64,000 nucleotides of DNA from Bacteriovoracia bacterium (GCA_050251055.1 JBFWNL010000008.1:64001-128000); one strand, 5' to 3'. Shown: positions 1-9,968, counted from the first letter of the stretch. Notes: generated from the letters alone by a model not told the origin. Program-made: numbers and translations.

Positions 1-80
1 ACTTCGGGTAAGTCGGAAACCTGCATCGCATCTGGAGCCATCACCCCGTACTTAGCAGGCAGCCGGTCAATTGAGAAGGC

Positions 81-908
81 TTACTTAGCGCCTTGGCCTT
101 GGGGCCGATCAGGCAACGAATCGATTAACTCTCGCACCGACCGGACTTTCTCGCCTTCGATTTTCTTGGCGATCTCAGGGTACTTCTTGGCCAGGCGCTT
201 CTCCAAACGATCCGCCGCCTCGATCAGGGAGAAATCTCCGACCGCGCGGCAGTCTTGAAAATGATCCTTCATCCGCAAATGAAAAGTCTCCACCGTGACC
301 GGGGCTAGCTCATCGTCGTTCAGCGAGATTTCGTTCAGCGATTTAGCAAGGTACGCGCCGAGCCTTCCCCAATAGGCGGGGTTCAAATCGTCACGGAAGC
401 TCAGCGTCTCGAGAGGGATGTCGTGCTTCTTTTGGACCGATTCGGCGGCGTCTTTTCCGTTAATCAAGAAGCTGCCGACCCCAGAAATTAACTGCGCGCC
501 GGTATCCGCACGAACGAGCACTTCGTCCACCGAGTACTCCGCTTGAGTTTCCGCCTTTCCGTCCTTCACCAGGGGGATCTCCATCTTCAAAACTCGGGAA
601 TAGAAGTCGTACTCGGGGCCGCCCGCCCGAATCAATCCGCGGCCGGTGTGCTTGGGACTCGCCTGCGTAAACTTCGCCCGAAAAGCGCCTTGCGGGTTAA
701 AAAGGTAATATCCCGGCAACGACGAATCCCGTAACATCAGGCCATCGCCTCGCCAGGGCGCCATACGGCCCAGCTCGCCACGGCCGCCGCCGATCGACCC
801 CAACGACTGGAGGCATTTCTCAAACCGGGAAAGTTTACTGGAATCGTCCTCCGCGAACGCGGAGAGGGCAATGAACACCATTAAAAACAGGGCGGTCCGG
901 ACCTTCAT
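81..908 (-). CDS. Hypothetical secreted protein
   Basis: 275-aa ORF with Sec signal (MKVRTALFLMVFIALSAFA), GAGG RBS upstream; no recognisable domain. Confidence 0.75.
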   Translation of the reverse strand: MKVRTALFLMVFIALSAFAEDDSSKLSRFEKCLQSLGSIGGGRGELGRMAPWRGDGLMLRDSSLPGYYLFNPQGAFRAKFTQASPKHTGRGLIRAGGPEYDFYSRVLKMEIPLVKDGKAETQAEYSVDEVLVRADTGAQLISGVGSFLINGKDAAESVQKKHDIPLETLSFRDDLNPAYWGRLGAYLAKSLNEISLNDDELAPVTVETFHLRMKDHFQDCRAVGDFSLIEAADRLEKRLAKKYPEIAKKIEGEKVRSVRELIDSLPDRPQGQGAK

Positions 909-956
909 AGAAAAACCTCGTTTGCCAGCCCCGGAACTTCTTCACTTAAACGCTAA

Positions 957-972
957 TGCAACGAAGATGCCG
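957..972 (-). promoter_or_regulatory. Putative sigma54 (-24/-12) promoter of 81..908
   Basis: Minus strand reads CGGCAT-CTTCG-TTGCA, i.e. GG-N10-GC, close to TGGCAC-N5-TTGCW, ~50 nt upstream of the ATG. Confidence 0.55.
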
Positions 973-1052
973 ACCCATCTCGCTGATAAACGAAAGGAAG
1001 ACATGGAGAACAAAAAAAGTGTAGAAAAATTAAACAATAGGCTTCGCTACAA

Positions 1053-2108
1053 TCAGAGCTTAGTCCTCAACTGAGCGGTTACCAGTCCAGCCGCAATCGC
1101 CACCCCCTCGGGATTCCAGTGGGTGTCGTCTAGCTGATAGAGATGACGCTCGGGGCGGTCCCGACGAGCCGCGAGAAACGCCGACTGAAGGTCAACGACC
1201 ACGATGCCACGCCGCTGGAGCTCGCGCGTAAGCCGCGGCAAGAAAGCGCGCGGGGCATTCGCCCCGAGAAAATCCCAATAAACCGTTTCCTTATTCGGCA
1301 CCGGTAGGAACACGAACCTCGCACCCGTGGTCTCTACCCGGTCCCGGTACGCCAAGATCCGGGTCACCGCCGTTTCCAAAACCGCGTCCGTAGGATCGGC
1401 CAACCCACCGGTTCCTTGCAAGAAATACATGCCGTCGCGTGTGGGTTGCGGGGGGCGCTTAAACCGTGGCACCAGCCGCGAATCTAAAAAATTGAAAACC
1501 AGAGGCGAACGAACGCGATCGTAAAGCATGCGCCAAGGCAGCGGCACGGAGCAATCGCGGGCCGAGTAAGACGCGGACGTCAACTCAGGCAGGACCTCGA
1601 CGTATCTTTCCATCTGCTCAAAAACCACGACGCGTGGACGCATCCCGTGCTTCGCTTGAAAATCAAAGTAGGGCCCCATATCCCCCGGAGCGTACGCGTA
1701 GACGCTTCGGCCCAGTTCGCGTTCCAGACGACTCGCGAGCGTATCTTTCTGCGTGAGGCTCGAGCCCGCCACGTTGCTGTCGCCCACGAGCACGACCTCC
1801 ACCCGCGAGAGATCCTTCTCCGCGTTTCGGTAACCGTGCGAATCGGTGATCCACTCCACGTCCTTCTTTACGGCGCCGTCCGTATGGGCCGCCAAGTCGC
1901 CCACTTCGGTCATCCGCTGGCGCTGGTTCGGATAAAAAAAACCGACCTCGCAGCCATCCCGGTGGTGGAACACGAGCGCCTCCCACATCCGGAACGTAAA
2001 GAAATAAGGGGGAAGCAGAAAGAGTTCGGCGAGGGCGATGAGCACGATGGGGCTTGCCGCCATCGCGACCTTTCCAAAAAATCGAAAATGTTGACGCGCG
2101 TCCCGCAT
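1053..2108 (-). CDS. AlgJ/AlgX-like SGNH O-acetyltransferase
   Basis: N-terminal TM segment, GDS motif (VGDSN), VPNKETVY, DxHWN (DDTHWNPEG); directly follows the MBOAT gene. Confidence 0.8.
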   Translation of the reverse strand: MRDARQHFRFFGKVAMAASPIVLIALAELFLLPPYFFTFRMWEALVFHHRDGCEVGFFYPNQRQRMTEVGDLAAHTDGAVKKDVEWITDSHGYRNAEKDLSRVEVVLVGDSNVAGSSLTQKDTLASRLERELGRSVYAYAPGDMGPYFDFQAKHGMRPRVVVFEQMERYVEVLPELTSASYSARDCSVPLPWRMLYDRVRSPLVFNFLDSRLVPRFKRPPQPTRDGMYFLQGTGGLADPTDAVLETAVTRILAYRDRVETTGARFVFLPVPNKETVYWDFLGANAPRAFLPRLTRELQRRGIVVVDLQSAFLAARRDRPERHLYQLDDTHWNPEGVAIAAGLVTAQLRTKL

Positions 2109-2114
2109 ATGCCC

Positions 2115-3554
2115 CTAAAACTGAAAGTAAATGAACGGCGTCGCCTGCCGTACCCGAAACAACAGGCAAACCGCCACGAGCGACAGGTACACTCCCCAAC
2201 GCACGTAAGCGGGCTGCCGAAGCAGGCGCAACCGGATGCTACCTCTCTCTTGCGCCCCTAAAACCGTGTTCAATACCACGAGCAAAAGCCCGCAGAAGGC
2301 CAAGAAAGCCGCGTTCTGCGCAAAGAGGGGCGGCCACTCCTCCCACCCTTGGAAAAATCCGCGCAGCACCGTCTTCGCGGCCTCAAAAGTCGGGGCCCGA
2401 AAGAACACCCACGTCAGGCAGATGAGCGCAAAGGTCACGGCCTGGCGCCAAGCCCCGAGCCATCGCGGAACCGCGGTCAAACCTAACCGGCGCGCCCCCG
2501 CTTCCCTCCACCGCTTCGTCATTTGGGAAACCACCAGAAACACGCCATTCAACCCGCCCCAGATCACGAAGTTCCAACTCGCTCCGTGCCAGAGCCCGCT
2601 CACCAAAAAAGTGATCATTAAGTTTGCGTACCAGCGCCTTCGGGACAGCCGGTTGCCGCCCAGGGGTAGGTAAACGTAATCGCGGAACCAAGTGGAAAGC
2701 GAGATGTGCCAACGGCGCCAGAATTCCGCGATGGATTGGGATGCGTAGGGATGGTTGAAGTTCTTCATCAGGCGAATGCCCATGACTTCGGACGCGCCGA
2801 TGGCGATGTCCGAATACCCCGAGAAATCGCAATAAATCTGGAACGCAAAAAACACCGTCGCGAGCACCAGCACGGGCCCGCTAAAATCAGCTGGCTGGTC
2901 GTAAACGGGATTCACGAACATCGCCAAGCGATCGGCGATCACCACCTTCTTAAACAACCCCCAAGCCATAAGTTTGAGGCCACTGGCGACGCGCCCATAA
3001 TCGAGGTCATGCCGTTCGCGGAACTGATGCAAGAGATTCTGGGGGCGTTCGATGGGACCCGCCACGAGCTGGGGATAATACATCACGTAAAGCGCGTAAA
3101 TTCCGAAGTGGCGCTCGGCCCGCTGGGCGCCCCGGTAGACCTCGATCACGTAGCTCAGGCTCTGGAAGGTATGAAATGACAACCCGACGGGCAGGATGAT
3201 CTCCAGCACCGAGATCGAATAGTTCCAGCCGATGGCGGCGGAGAGCGCGTTCATGTTCACGGCGAAAAAATTAAAATATTTGAAAACGAAGAGCACCAGG
3301 CAGGTGCTGATCACGCTCCCCCAAAGCCAGATGCGTTTGGCGGCCTGGGTGCGGCTCTCTTCGATCCAACGCCCGGCCCAGTAATCGATACCGATCGTGA
3401 TGGCGAGCACCAGGATGTACGCGGGAACAAACCACATGTAGAACACGCAGCTCGCCGCGAGCAAAAGCGCCCAGCGGTAGGCGTGGGGCAACCAGAAATA
3501 AAGCAGGGTCACGAGCGGAAAAAAGACGAGGAAGCTTCCGGAATTGAAGAGCAT
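2115..3554 (-). CDS. MBOAT family O-acyltransferase (AlgI/DltB-like)
   Basis: MLFNS start, LPVGLSFHTFQ, PQLVAGPIER, FWRRWHISLSTWFRDY, GLWHGA, FIYFQF C-terminus. Confidence 0.92.
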   Translation of the reverse strand: MLFNSGSFLVFFPLVTLLYFWLPHAYRWALLLAASCVFYMWFVPAYILVLAITIGIDYWAGRWIEESRTQAAKRIWLWGSVISTCLVLFVFKYFNFFAVNMNALSAAIGWNYSISVLEIILPVGLSFHTFQSLSYVIEVYRGAQRAERHFGIYALYVMYYPQLVAGPIERPQNLLHQFRERHDLDYGRVASGLKLMAWGLFKKVVIADRLAMFVNPVYDQPADFSGPVLVLATVFFAFQIYCDFSGYSDIAIGASEVMGIRLMKNFNHPYASQSIAEFWRRWHISLSTWFRDYVYLPLGGNRLSRRRWYANLMITFLVSGLWHGASWNFVIWGGLNGVFLVVSQMTKRWREAGARRLGLTAVPRWLGAWRQAVTFALICLTWVFFRAPTFEAAKTVLRGFFQGWEEWPPLFAQNAAFLAFCGLLLVVLNTVLGAQERGSIRLRLLRQPAYVRWGVYLSLVAVCLLFRVRQATPFIYFQF

Positions 3555-3584
3555 CGTCTGGGCTTCCGCTTACGGAAGGGGTGA

Positions 3585-4916
3585 CTAGGCTTCCTTCACC
3601 TTGGATTGATCGAGCAAGAACTGGATGGTCTTGTCTTCACGCACGCGGAAGGCGAGGTTCTCGCGCTTTTCGGCGTCTTTTTCGTAGAACTCGCGGACCT
3701 TTTCGGCTTCGACCTTCATGGCTTCGCCCATTTTCTTGTACTCGCTTTCCAGGTCGGCTTTTTCCGCCTGGATGTTTTCCTTGTTCGCGATGGCCTCGAG
3801 CAGTAGGCCTGCGCGGACCTGGCTTTCGGCCTTCTTCTTCACATTCTCCTGCTCGTGCGTGAGCGCATCGCGGATCATCTCGTCGCTGAAGCGCTGCTGC
3901 TGCAGGTTCTGCACGAACTCCTGCACGATCATGCGCGACTGGGCTTCGATGAGCTGCTGCGGGCATTCGAACGGATTTTTATCGATAAGGGTCTGGATGA
4001 GGTCCGAGCGCAGCTTGCGCTCGACGGTGTCCTGCCGGTTCTTCTCCACCGACTCGCGGGCTTTCTGCTTGAACGACGCTACGCTGTCGTGACCCATGGT
4101 CTTGACAAATTCGTCGGTCAGCTCGGGCAGTTTCTTTTCCTTGATATCGTTGATGGTGACCGTGAATTCGGCTTCCTTGTTGTTGAGCTTCGGCTCGGAA
4201 TAATTATCGGGGAAACGCACGCGGAACTTTTTCGTCTCGCCACGTTTCATGCCTTCCATATTGTCTTCGAAACCCGGGATCAGCTCGCCCATGCCCATTT
4301 CAACTTGGCGCGCGCCCTTCATCCCCTCGTACGGCTCGACGCCCGTTTCGGTGACCAAGCCACCATCGAAGTTGAAATCGACGAAGTCGTGCTTCTTCAC
4401 CTGGCGCGCGGCGATCTGCGCTTCCGTGCCCGCGAGCGGCACGATCTCGGCGCGTTGATCCAGGATGTTGTTGATCACGCCCTGCACGTCTTCTTCCGAA
4501 ACGGCGGACTTCTCGCGCTTCAGCGCGAACCCTTTGTAATTCTTTACCTCGATTTCCGGCAAGATCTCGACCGTGGCGGTGAAGGTCAGGTCCTTGTCCT
4601 CGGTGAGGAGCGGACCAGTTTTTTCGGTCGTTTCGATCGACGGACGGCCAATGGGACGCAGCTTGTGCTCCTGCAAGGCCTTCGAATAGGACTCTTCCAC
4701 CAGCGATTGAAAGAGCCGGGCCTTCACGTCGTCCCCATAGTACTGCTTGACCACATGCATTGGAACATGGCCCGGGCGAAAGCCCTTGAGCTTCGCGGTG
4801 CGGCCGACCTCACTCAGACCGGCCTGATACCGGGATGAAATCATGCCGGCAGGGACGGTGATCGTAAGCTTGCGGGTAACCTTGGAAGGAGATTCGATAC
4901 GGCTGGTGTATTGCAT
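3585..4916 (-). CDS. tig: Trigger factor
   Basis: GFRPGH signature, FKBP domain (LIPGFED...FPDNY), 443 aa. Confidence 0.95.
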   Translation of the reverse strand: MQYTSRIESPSKVTRKLTITVPAGMISSRYQAGLSEVGRTAKLKGFRPGHVPMHVVKQYYGDDVKARLFQSLVEESYSKALQEHKLRPIGRPSIETTEKTGPLLTEDKDLTFTATVEILPEIEVKNYKGFALKREKSAVSEEDVQGVINNILDQRAEIVPLAGTEAQIAARQVKKHDFVDFNFDGGLVTETGVEPYEGMKGARQVEMGMGELIPGFEDNMEGMKRGETKKFRVRFPDNYSEPKLNNKEAEFTVTINDIKEKKLPELTDEFVKTMGHDSVASFKQKARESVEKNRQDTVERKLRSDLIQTLIDKNPFECPQQLIEAQSRMIVQEFVQNLQQQRFSDEMIRDALTHEQENVKKKAESQVRAGLLLEAIANKENIQAEKADLESEYKKMGEAMKVEAEKVREFYEKDAEKRENLAFRVREDKTIQFLLDQSKVKEA

Positions 4917-4944
4917 AAGGCTTGAGGTTTTAGGTCAAAATGGG

Positions 4945-5751
4945 TCAAAACGCAACGTCGCGATACCACACTTTTTCCAGCCATAATCCCCTGGGTTGAG
5001 CGGTCGCCCCCACTAAAGAGCGGTCCTTTTTCTCGAGAATTTCGCGCATACAGGTGGCCGGTCGCTTTCCCTCCCCCACCTGCAAAAGGGTCCCCGCGAT
5101 CCCCCTCACCATCTGCTTTAAAAACCCGCTTCCCACCAGAGTCAGGCGCACCATCCCGTAGCCCAGCGCCTGGGAGGCCTGCAGATCCGGGAACCCAATG
5201 GGCTCCGGGGCGACCCGGGCTTCGAAGATGGTACGGACGGTCGTCTTGACGTTGGCCCCCGCCGCCTGGAAAGGAACGAAGTCGTGCTCTCCCACCAAGG
5301 CGCCCACGGCCTCGTGCATGGCTTCCCAATCCAGGCGCTTGCGGATCCACCAGCTCGTACGCGCGACGTGCGGGAGTTCGCAGGGGCCTTGCTGGAAGTA
5401 AAACGAGTACTGCTTGCGCTCGGCCGAGAGCTGCGCATGAAAGTCCTCGGGCACTTCGCGGATCGCCAGCACGCGGATGGCGTCGGGCAAAAGCGAGTTC
5501 AAGCCGTTCTGGATGTTTTCGCGCTTCCAATCGTCGCGGGTCAGCCGAAAGTGGGCAACCTGCCCGCATGCATGGACGCCCGCGTCCGTGCGACCGCTCG
5601 CGACGCAGCTGATTTTCTCCTGGGTGATCTGGGAGAGCGCTTTCTCGATCGTCTCCTGCAGACTCGGATCGCCTTCGGCGGCGCTCCCCTTCTGGCGCTG
5701 CCAACCGCAATAGCGCGTGCCGAGATAGGAAAGGAGCAATGCGTACTTCAT
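4945..5751 (-). CDS. truA: tRNA pseudouridine(38-40) synthase
   Basis: YLGTRYCGWQ, SGRTDAGVHA, GSGFLKQMVR motifs. Confidence 0.96.
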   Translation of the reverse strand: MKYALLLSYLGTRYCGWQRQKGSAAEGDPSLQETIEKALSQITQEKISCVASGRTDAGVHACGQVAHFRLTRDDWKRENIQNGLNSLLPDAIRVLAIREVPEDFHAQLSAERKQYSFYFQQGPCELPHVARTSWWIRKRLDWEAMHEAVGALVGEHDFVPFQAAGANVKTTVRTIFEARVAPEPIGFPDLQASQALGYGMVRLTLVGSGFLKQMVRGIAGTLLQVGEGKRPATCMREILEKKDRSLVGATAQPRGLWLEKVWYRDVAF

Positions 5752-6795
5752 TTAATACTCGAAAGTCAGGCCGGCCAAGACGCCATAGTCATCGAAGCGG
5801 ACGGCGCCCTTGATGGTCGTGAGCTTCGCATACTCGATATTCAAGTAATAATGTTTGATGCCAAAGCTGTCATACAGATTCCAAGTCATCTCGTCGCTGA
5901 TGCGATCCAGCTGAATGGCGATCCCACCGCCGTAATAAAGCCCCAACGAATACCCCTTGTGCGACGGCTGTCCGTCGTTACGCTCCTCCAGAAAAGGCAT
6001 GAACGTCGGCAAGACCATCACGTAAGGTCTAAGGATCCGTAAAAGATTGAAGCGGTAATTGAGCCCGATGGAAATCGGTAAGTGCACGAAAGCAAACACC
6101 GTGCGGGATTTGCTGCCAAACTGGGCGCCGGTTTTCTCGTTCGGCAAATCCACTTCGAACACCCCATTGCCACGGAATGCGGAAAAACCCACATTGGTCA
6201 TCAACCCCAGGCTACCCAGCCACTCACTGTGAAACGGTTGCCACTCCCAAAAGAAAGAAAAGTTCGGGTGATAACCCTGCGAATTTGGGTAAACGGAGGT
6301 AAAGCTTTGGGCGACCGTCCCCGATTCGCCCGTGGCGTTGAAGCGCATGACGGCGCCCACGCGCAAGCCCGCGGCGAAGCGGATATCGCCCGGTCGCTTC
6401 AATTCAAGCTCGGACGTGCCATCCTTCACGCGCTCGATCGCTCCTTTTTCGGGCGTCGGGTCCAGCTGGCTCTTCGCTACTTCGGTATAAGAAGGGTCCG
6501 CGGGCTTCTGAAAATACTCGGGATCTTTTTCCTTCACGCTTTCAATGAAGCTCTTTTCGGCTTCGCCGGATGGCGGGTTCGCCTCGACGATCTCTTGGCG
6601 TTTTTGCTCGATAAACGTCCCGTCCGGCGGTGGCGGGTTGTCTTTCTCCCGCTCGGCAATTTCAGCCTTCACCTTGTCGATGAAAGGCTGCTTGCTCGGT
6701 TCATCTATCCCTTCGGACGCCGATTTCCCTGCGCAGGCCGCCAATACCGCCAAGCCAGCCAAACCAAGTCCATACGCCCCCCCCCGCCGTATCAC
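5752..6795 (-). CDS. Lipoprotein-signal outer-membrane beta-barrel protein (MXAN_2562-like)
   Basis: GTG start overlaps the upstream TGA (GTGA); lipobox LAAC; amphipathic beta-strands; LDRI...FGIKHYYLNIEY segment; C-terminal aromatic (GLTFEY). Confidence 0.7.
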   Translation of the reverse strand: MIRRGGAYGLGLAGLAVLAACAGKSASEGIDEPSKQPFIDKVKAEIAEREKDNPPPPDGTFIEQKRQEIVEANPPSGEAEKSFIESVKEKDPEYFQKPADPSYTEVAKSQLDPTPEKGAIERVKDGTSELELKRPGDIRFAAGLRVGAVMRFNATGESGTVAQSFTSVYPNSQGYHPNFSFFWEWQPFHSEWLGSLGLMTNVGFSAFRGNGVFEVDLPNEKTGAQFGSKSRTVFAFVHLPISIGLNYRFNLLRILRPYVMVLPTFMPFLEERNDGQPSHKGYSLGLYYGGGIAIQLDRISDEMTWNLYDSFGIKHYYLNIEYAKLTTIKGAVRFDDYGVLAGLTFEY

Positions 6796-8228
6796 GCGCT
6801 CGTCCCCCGCCGGCCGCGCGCCATCCCCACGAGCGACGCCATAAAGACCGCGAACATCAGCGCGATCCCGGCCCAAAGCACCAAGGGATTCAGCACTAAC
6901 CACGCCATGACCTCGAAGGGAACGAGCATCAGCATCACCGGGAACCGAAACTTGGGATGGTCGACGAGCCACGTCGCCAACCGCGGCGAATGGTCGTAAT
7001 ACCAGCGCACGAACGCCCGCCCCGGGCGATGGCGAAGCAGGATACGGTCGCGAAACTCACGCAAGAGATCCACGGGCGCCGAACGCAGCTCTCGAAACGC
7101 GGCCGTGGCGATGAAGCACGCGTTCTGCGACATGAACCCTTGAACCGCCGATGTGCGCACCTGCGTGAAGGCGCACCCCGCCGCGCTCGTATCCGTATTG
7201 AAAGCGCCGATAATGCCAGCGTCATCGCGGGCGGCGATGTTCATAAAATAAGGGTGATCGGAGCTCGTGGTGGTGTTGGTGAAACCCGGCAAAGTCGTGC
7301 CCTGATTGGAAGCCACGGCCGCGTAGATTCCGTTATTGACATACCCCCCGGCCGTCATGTCCGGAGTGGAGCCTTCCTTCGCCACGATAAAGATCCCACC
7401 GGCGCCCGGTCCACCAGAAACGCCGGGCGATCCCGCGACGGCCAGCGGGTTGACCTGAATCGAGGAATCGCCGGGAAAATAAAATTCGCCGGGACTATTG
7501 CACTGCAGAGTCGGCGGTGTGCTCGAAAAAATGAGAGAAACGGTGTTCTTAGAGTCCGGAGATCCCGCCATATCCACGAACCCTTGCGCGTCCGGGGCAC
7601 CCGCCACGAAATCCACGGTCAGGGTGGTGATCGCCGGAGAGTTCCCAGCGGGATTATCGACCTCGCCGCCCGCGGCCGTGCAGCCCTTCGCGTGAACATA
7701 GGTGCTCGACGTCGTGCTCGAACCCACCGCCAGACGGCAAATATCCCGCGGGTAAAGCGCGATGCGGACGGTCGTGCCGGACGTGGCGTAACGAGCCGAG
7801 TAATAATACAGGCCGGCGCCCACCTCACCCGAACAAGTCGTGCTCGTGCAGTTTTCTGGCGTGGCCGAGGGGCTTACGCCCGCCGCCGCGATCGGCACCC
7901 AAAGCTTGTCGGTGTTGTTTTCCGCCAATACTCGCACGCCGATAACGGAACTTGGTCCAAGCGAACTGGCCGAGGTGATCTCAAATACGACGAGCTGCTC
8001 GCGATTCGTGTTTCCCGCGCCCACCGAGGTGTCGTACGCGCGAAAGCCCGCCGCCGTATCGACAAAGCCGGGTGCGATAATTGGGGCATAGGCGTAGAAC
8101 ACCTTGTCGCCGGTGCCCAACGAATACGGCGTGACCGGCTTGACGGTAAGGGCTCCCGCGGTGGCCGGAAGAAACAGAAGCGGTAGACTAAATTTTACCC
8201 AAGAGCATCTCGGCGATCTGAATCCCAT
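6792..8228 (-). CDS. Exported Cys/Thr/Gly-rich protein with CFI-box-CTERM domain
   Basis: C-terminal CFIATAAF...LREFRDRIL...GRAFVRWYY..SP followed by hydrophobic helices and a basic tail; signal-like N-terminus (exact start uncertain). Confidence 0.85.
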   Translation of the reverse strand: MGFRSPRCSWVKFSLPLLFLPATAGALTVKPVTPYSLGTGDKVFYAYAPIIAPGFVDTAAGFRAYDTSVGAGNTNREQLVVFEITSASSLGPSSVIGVRVLAENNTDKLWVPIAAAGVSPSATPENCTSTTCSGEVGAGLYYYSARYATSGTTVRIALYPRDICRLAVGSSTTSSTYVHAKGCTAAGGEVDNPAGNSPAITTLTVDFVAGAPDAQGFVDMAGSPDSKNTVSLIFSSTPPTLQCNSPGEFYFPGDSSIQVNPLAVAGSPGVSGGPGAGGIFIVAKEGSTPDMTAGGYVNNGIYAAVASNQGTTLPGFTNTTTSSDHPYFMNIAARDDAGIIGAFNTDTSAAGCAFTQVRTSAVQGFMSQNACFIATAAFRELRSAPVDLLREFRDRILLRHRPGRAFVRWYYDHSPRLATWLVDHPKFRFPVMLMLVPFEVMAWLVLNPLVLWAGIALMFAVFMASLVGMARGRRGTSA

Positions 8229-9213
8229 TCAGCGCGGCTCCCTTTCGTAGATTGTCCGAAACCACCCACATATTCAGGCCGTGCGGGACCGAATCGTCCC
8301 GCCGCAGCCGGCCTACGTACACCGCGTCTTGGTTGGCGCAATCGACGGCCATCGGATACTTCCCGCGCGCCGGCTCGTCGACCACCTTCAACCCGGAAAA
8401 CTTCTCCATCGCCTGTCGCACTTCCGCGAGCTCAAACGGACGTTCGCATTCGACGTTCACGGTTTCCGCGTGGCTTTGCACGGTCGGCACCCGCACCGCG
8501 GTCGCCGTCACTTTGAGGCCCGGTAAACCCAAGATTTTACGGGTCTCGGCCATGATTTTCTGCTCTTCGCTCGTGTAGGCGTCTTCTTTAAACCCGCCGA
8601 TCTGCGGGATGCAGTTGAAAGCGATCGAGTGCGCGAAAATCTTGGGCTTCACCGGGCGTCCCGCCAGATGGTCGGCGGTCTGCTCGAAAAGCTCGTCGAT
8701 GGCCAGCGAACCCGCCCCCGAAACGCTCTGGTAACTCGACACCACGACGCGCTTAAGCCCCCAGCGATCGTGGATGGGTTTGAGCGCCACGACGAGCTGG
8801 ACAGTGGAGCAGTTTGGCCCAGCCAAGATCCGCTGCTTCGGGTCCGCAGCGCCTTTCGCGAGGCGATCACTCAGGAGCTTCCCGTTCACCTCGGGCACGA
8901 GCAGGAAAACGTCAGGATCCATGCGATAGGTCGCGGAGTTATCGATCACCCACGCGCCATCTTCGGCCGCGCGGGGCACCCATTCTTTAGAAACTTCGTC
9001 GGAGGCGTCGAAAAAAGCGATCTGCACGCCTTGGAAACAACCGGGTTTCATGACCTGACAAACGAGGTCCCGCCCTTGAAAACGGACGGTCTTGCCGGCG
9101 GAACGGGGCGAAGAGAACGCTACTACCTCGGTCACGGGAAATTTTCGCTGTTCGAGAATTTTCAGCGCCTGTTGGCCGACGGCGCCCGTGGCGCCGACGA
9201 TAGCTAATCTCAT
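8188..9213 (-). CDS. asd: Aspartate-semialdehyde dehydrogenase
   Basis: AIVGATGAVG, PNCST, SYQSVSGAG, DNLRKGAALN; ATGA coupling to pssA. Confidence 0.95.
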   Translation of the reverse strand: MRLAIVGATGAVGQQALKILEQRKFPVTEVVAFSSPRSAGKTVRFQGRDLVCQVMKPGCFQGVQIAFFDASDEVSKEWVPRAAEDGAWVIDNSATYRMDPDVFLLVPEVNGKLLSDRLAKGAADPKQRILAGPNCSTVQLVVALKPIHDRWGLKRVVVSSYQSVSGAGSLAIDELFEQTADHLAGRPVKPKIFAHSIAFNCIPQIGGFKEDAYTSEEQKIMAETRKILGLPGLKVTATAVRVPTVQSHAETVNVECERPFELAEVRQAMEKFSGLKVVDEPARGKYPMAVDCANQDAVYVGRLRRDDSVPHGLNMWVVSDNLRKGAALNGIQIAEMLLGKI

Positions 9214-9968
9214 GATCGATCCTGCCGAACGGCCGTGGGTTTCGCCCGCAGGACTAGCGCCAAGTTCCAAGCCAGCGAAGAGAAGATATATCCGATCACG
9301 ATCAGAAAAAGGCTCACTTCCGGTCTCACGGCGATGAGGATCATGCACATCACGCCGATCATTAAATAACCGAAGCTCGCGCGCGAACGCCAATTCAGCT
9401 CCTTGAACGAAGGAAAGCGAACCGTGCTGACCATCAGACTCGCCGACATCAATGCCAGCACGAGCGTGATCCACTGCACCGCTTGGTCATCGATCGCGTG
9501 ACTGGCTTCGCCGTTCAACGACGGCCACCCAGTCGCGAAGTGGAAGATCACGAACGTGGCGATCACCGAGGCCGCCATCGGACTAGGCAAGCCTTGGAAA
9601 TAGCCCTTGGGCACGACGTGCGTGCTCACGTTGAAACGCGCGAGCCGGAGCGCGCCGCAAGCGAGGAACAAAAACGCGGCCAGGTAGCCCAGACGACCGA
9701 ACGGATTGAGCGACCACTGAAAGAGCAACATCGCGGGCGCCATCCCGAACGAGATGAGATCACAAAGGCTGTCGTACTGGACGCCGAAGGAACTGGTCGC
9801 CTTGGCCAGGCGGGCGATGCGGCCATCGAGCGAATCAAAAATCGTGGCCGCCAAGATGGACCAGGCGGCTAACGTGTAGTTTCCGGAAATCGAGGCGATC
9901 ACCGAATAAAAACCGCAAAACATGTTCGCGGTCGTGACGATGTTGGGAACGATATAAATCTTTTTCAT
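9210..9968 (-). CDS. pssA: CDP-diacylglycerol-serine O-phosphatidyltransferase
   Basis: PNIVT, DSLDGRIAR...S.FG..YDSL.D CDP-alcohol phosphotransferase motif, LRLARFN. Confidence 0.93.
   Translation of the reverse strand: MKKIYIVPNIVTTANMFCGFYSVIASISGNYTLAAWSILAATIFDSLDGRIARLAKATSSFGVQYDSLCDLISFGMAPAMLLFQWSLNPFGRLGYLAAFLFLACGALRLARFNVSTHVVPKGYFQGLPSPMAASVIATFVIFHFATGWPSLNGEASHAIDDQAVQWITLVLALMSASLMVSTVRFPSFKELNWRSRASFGYLMIGVMCMILIAVRPEVSLFLIVIGYIFSSLAWNLALVLRAKPTAVRQDRS

Noticed and set aside
8188-9474. Extended N-termini from the ORF track (asd 9474, barrel 6972, pyrF 50790, trxA 27599, rmuC 60882)
   Set aside because: Most extensions overlap upstream ORFs; downstream starts fit family N-termini, RBS or ATGA/GTGA coupling better.
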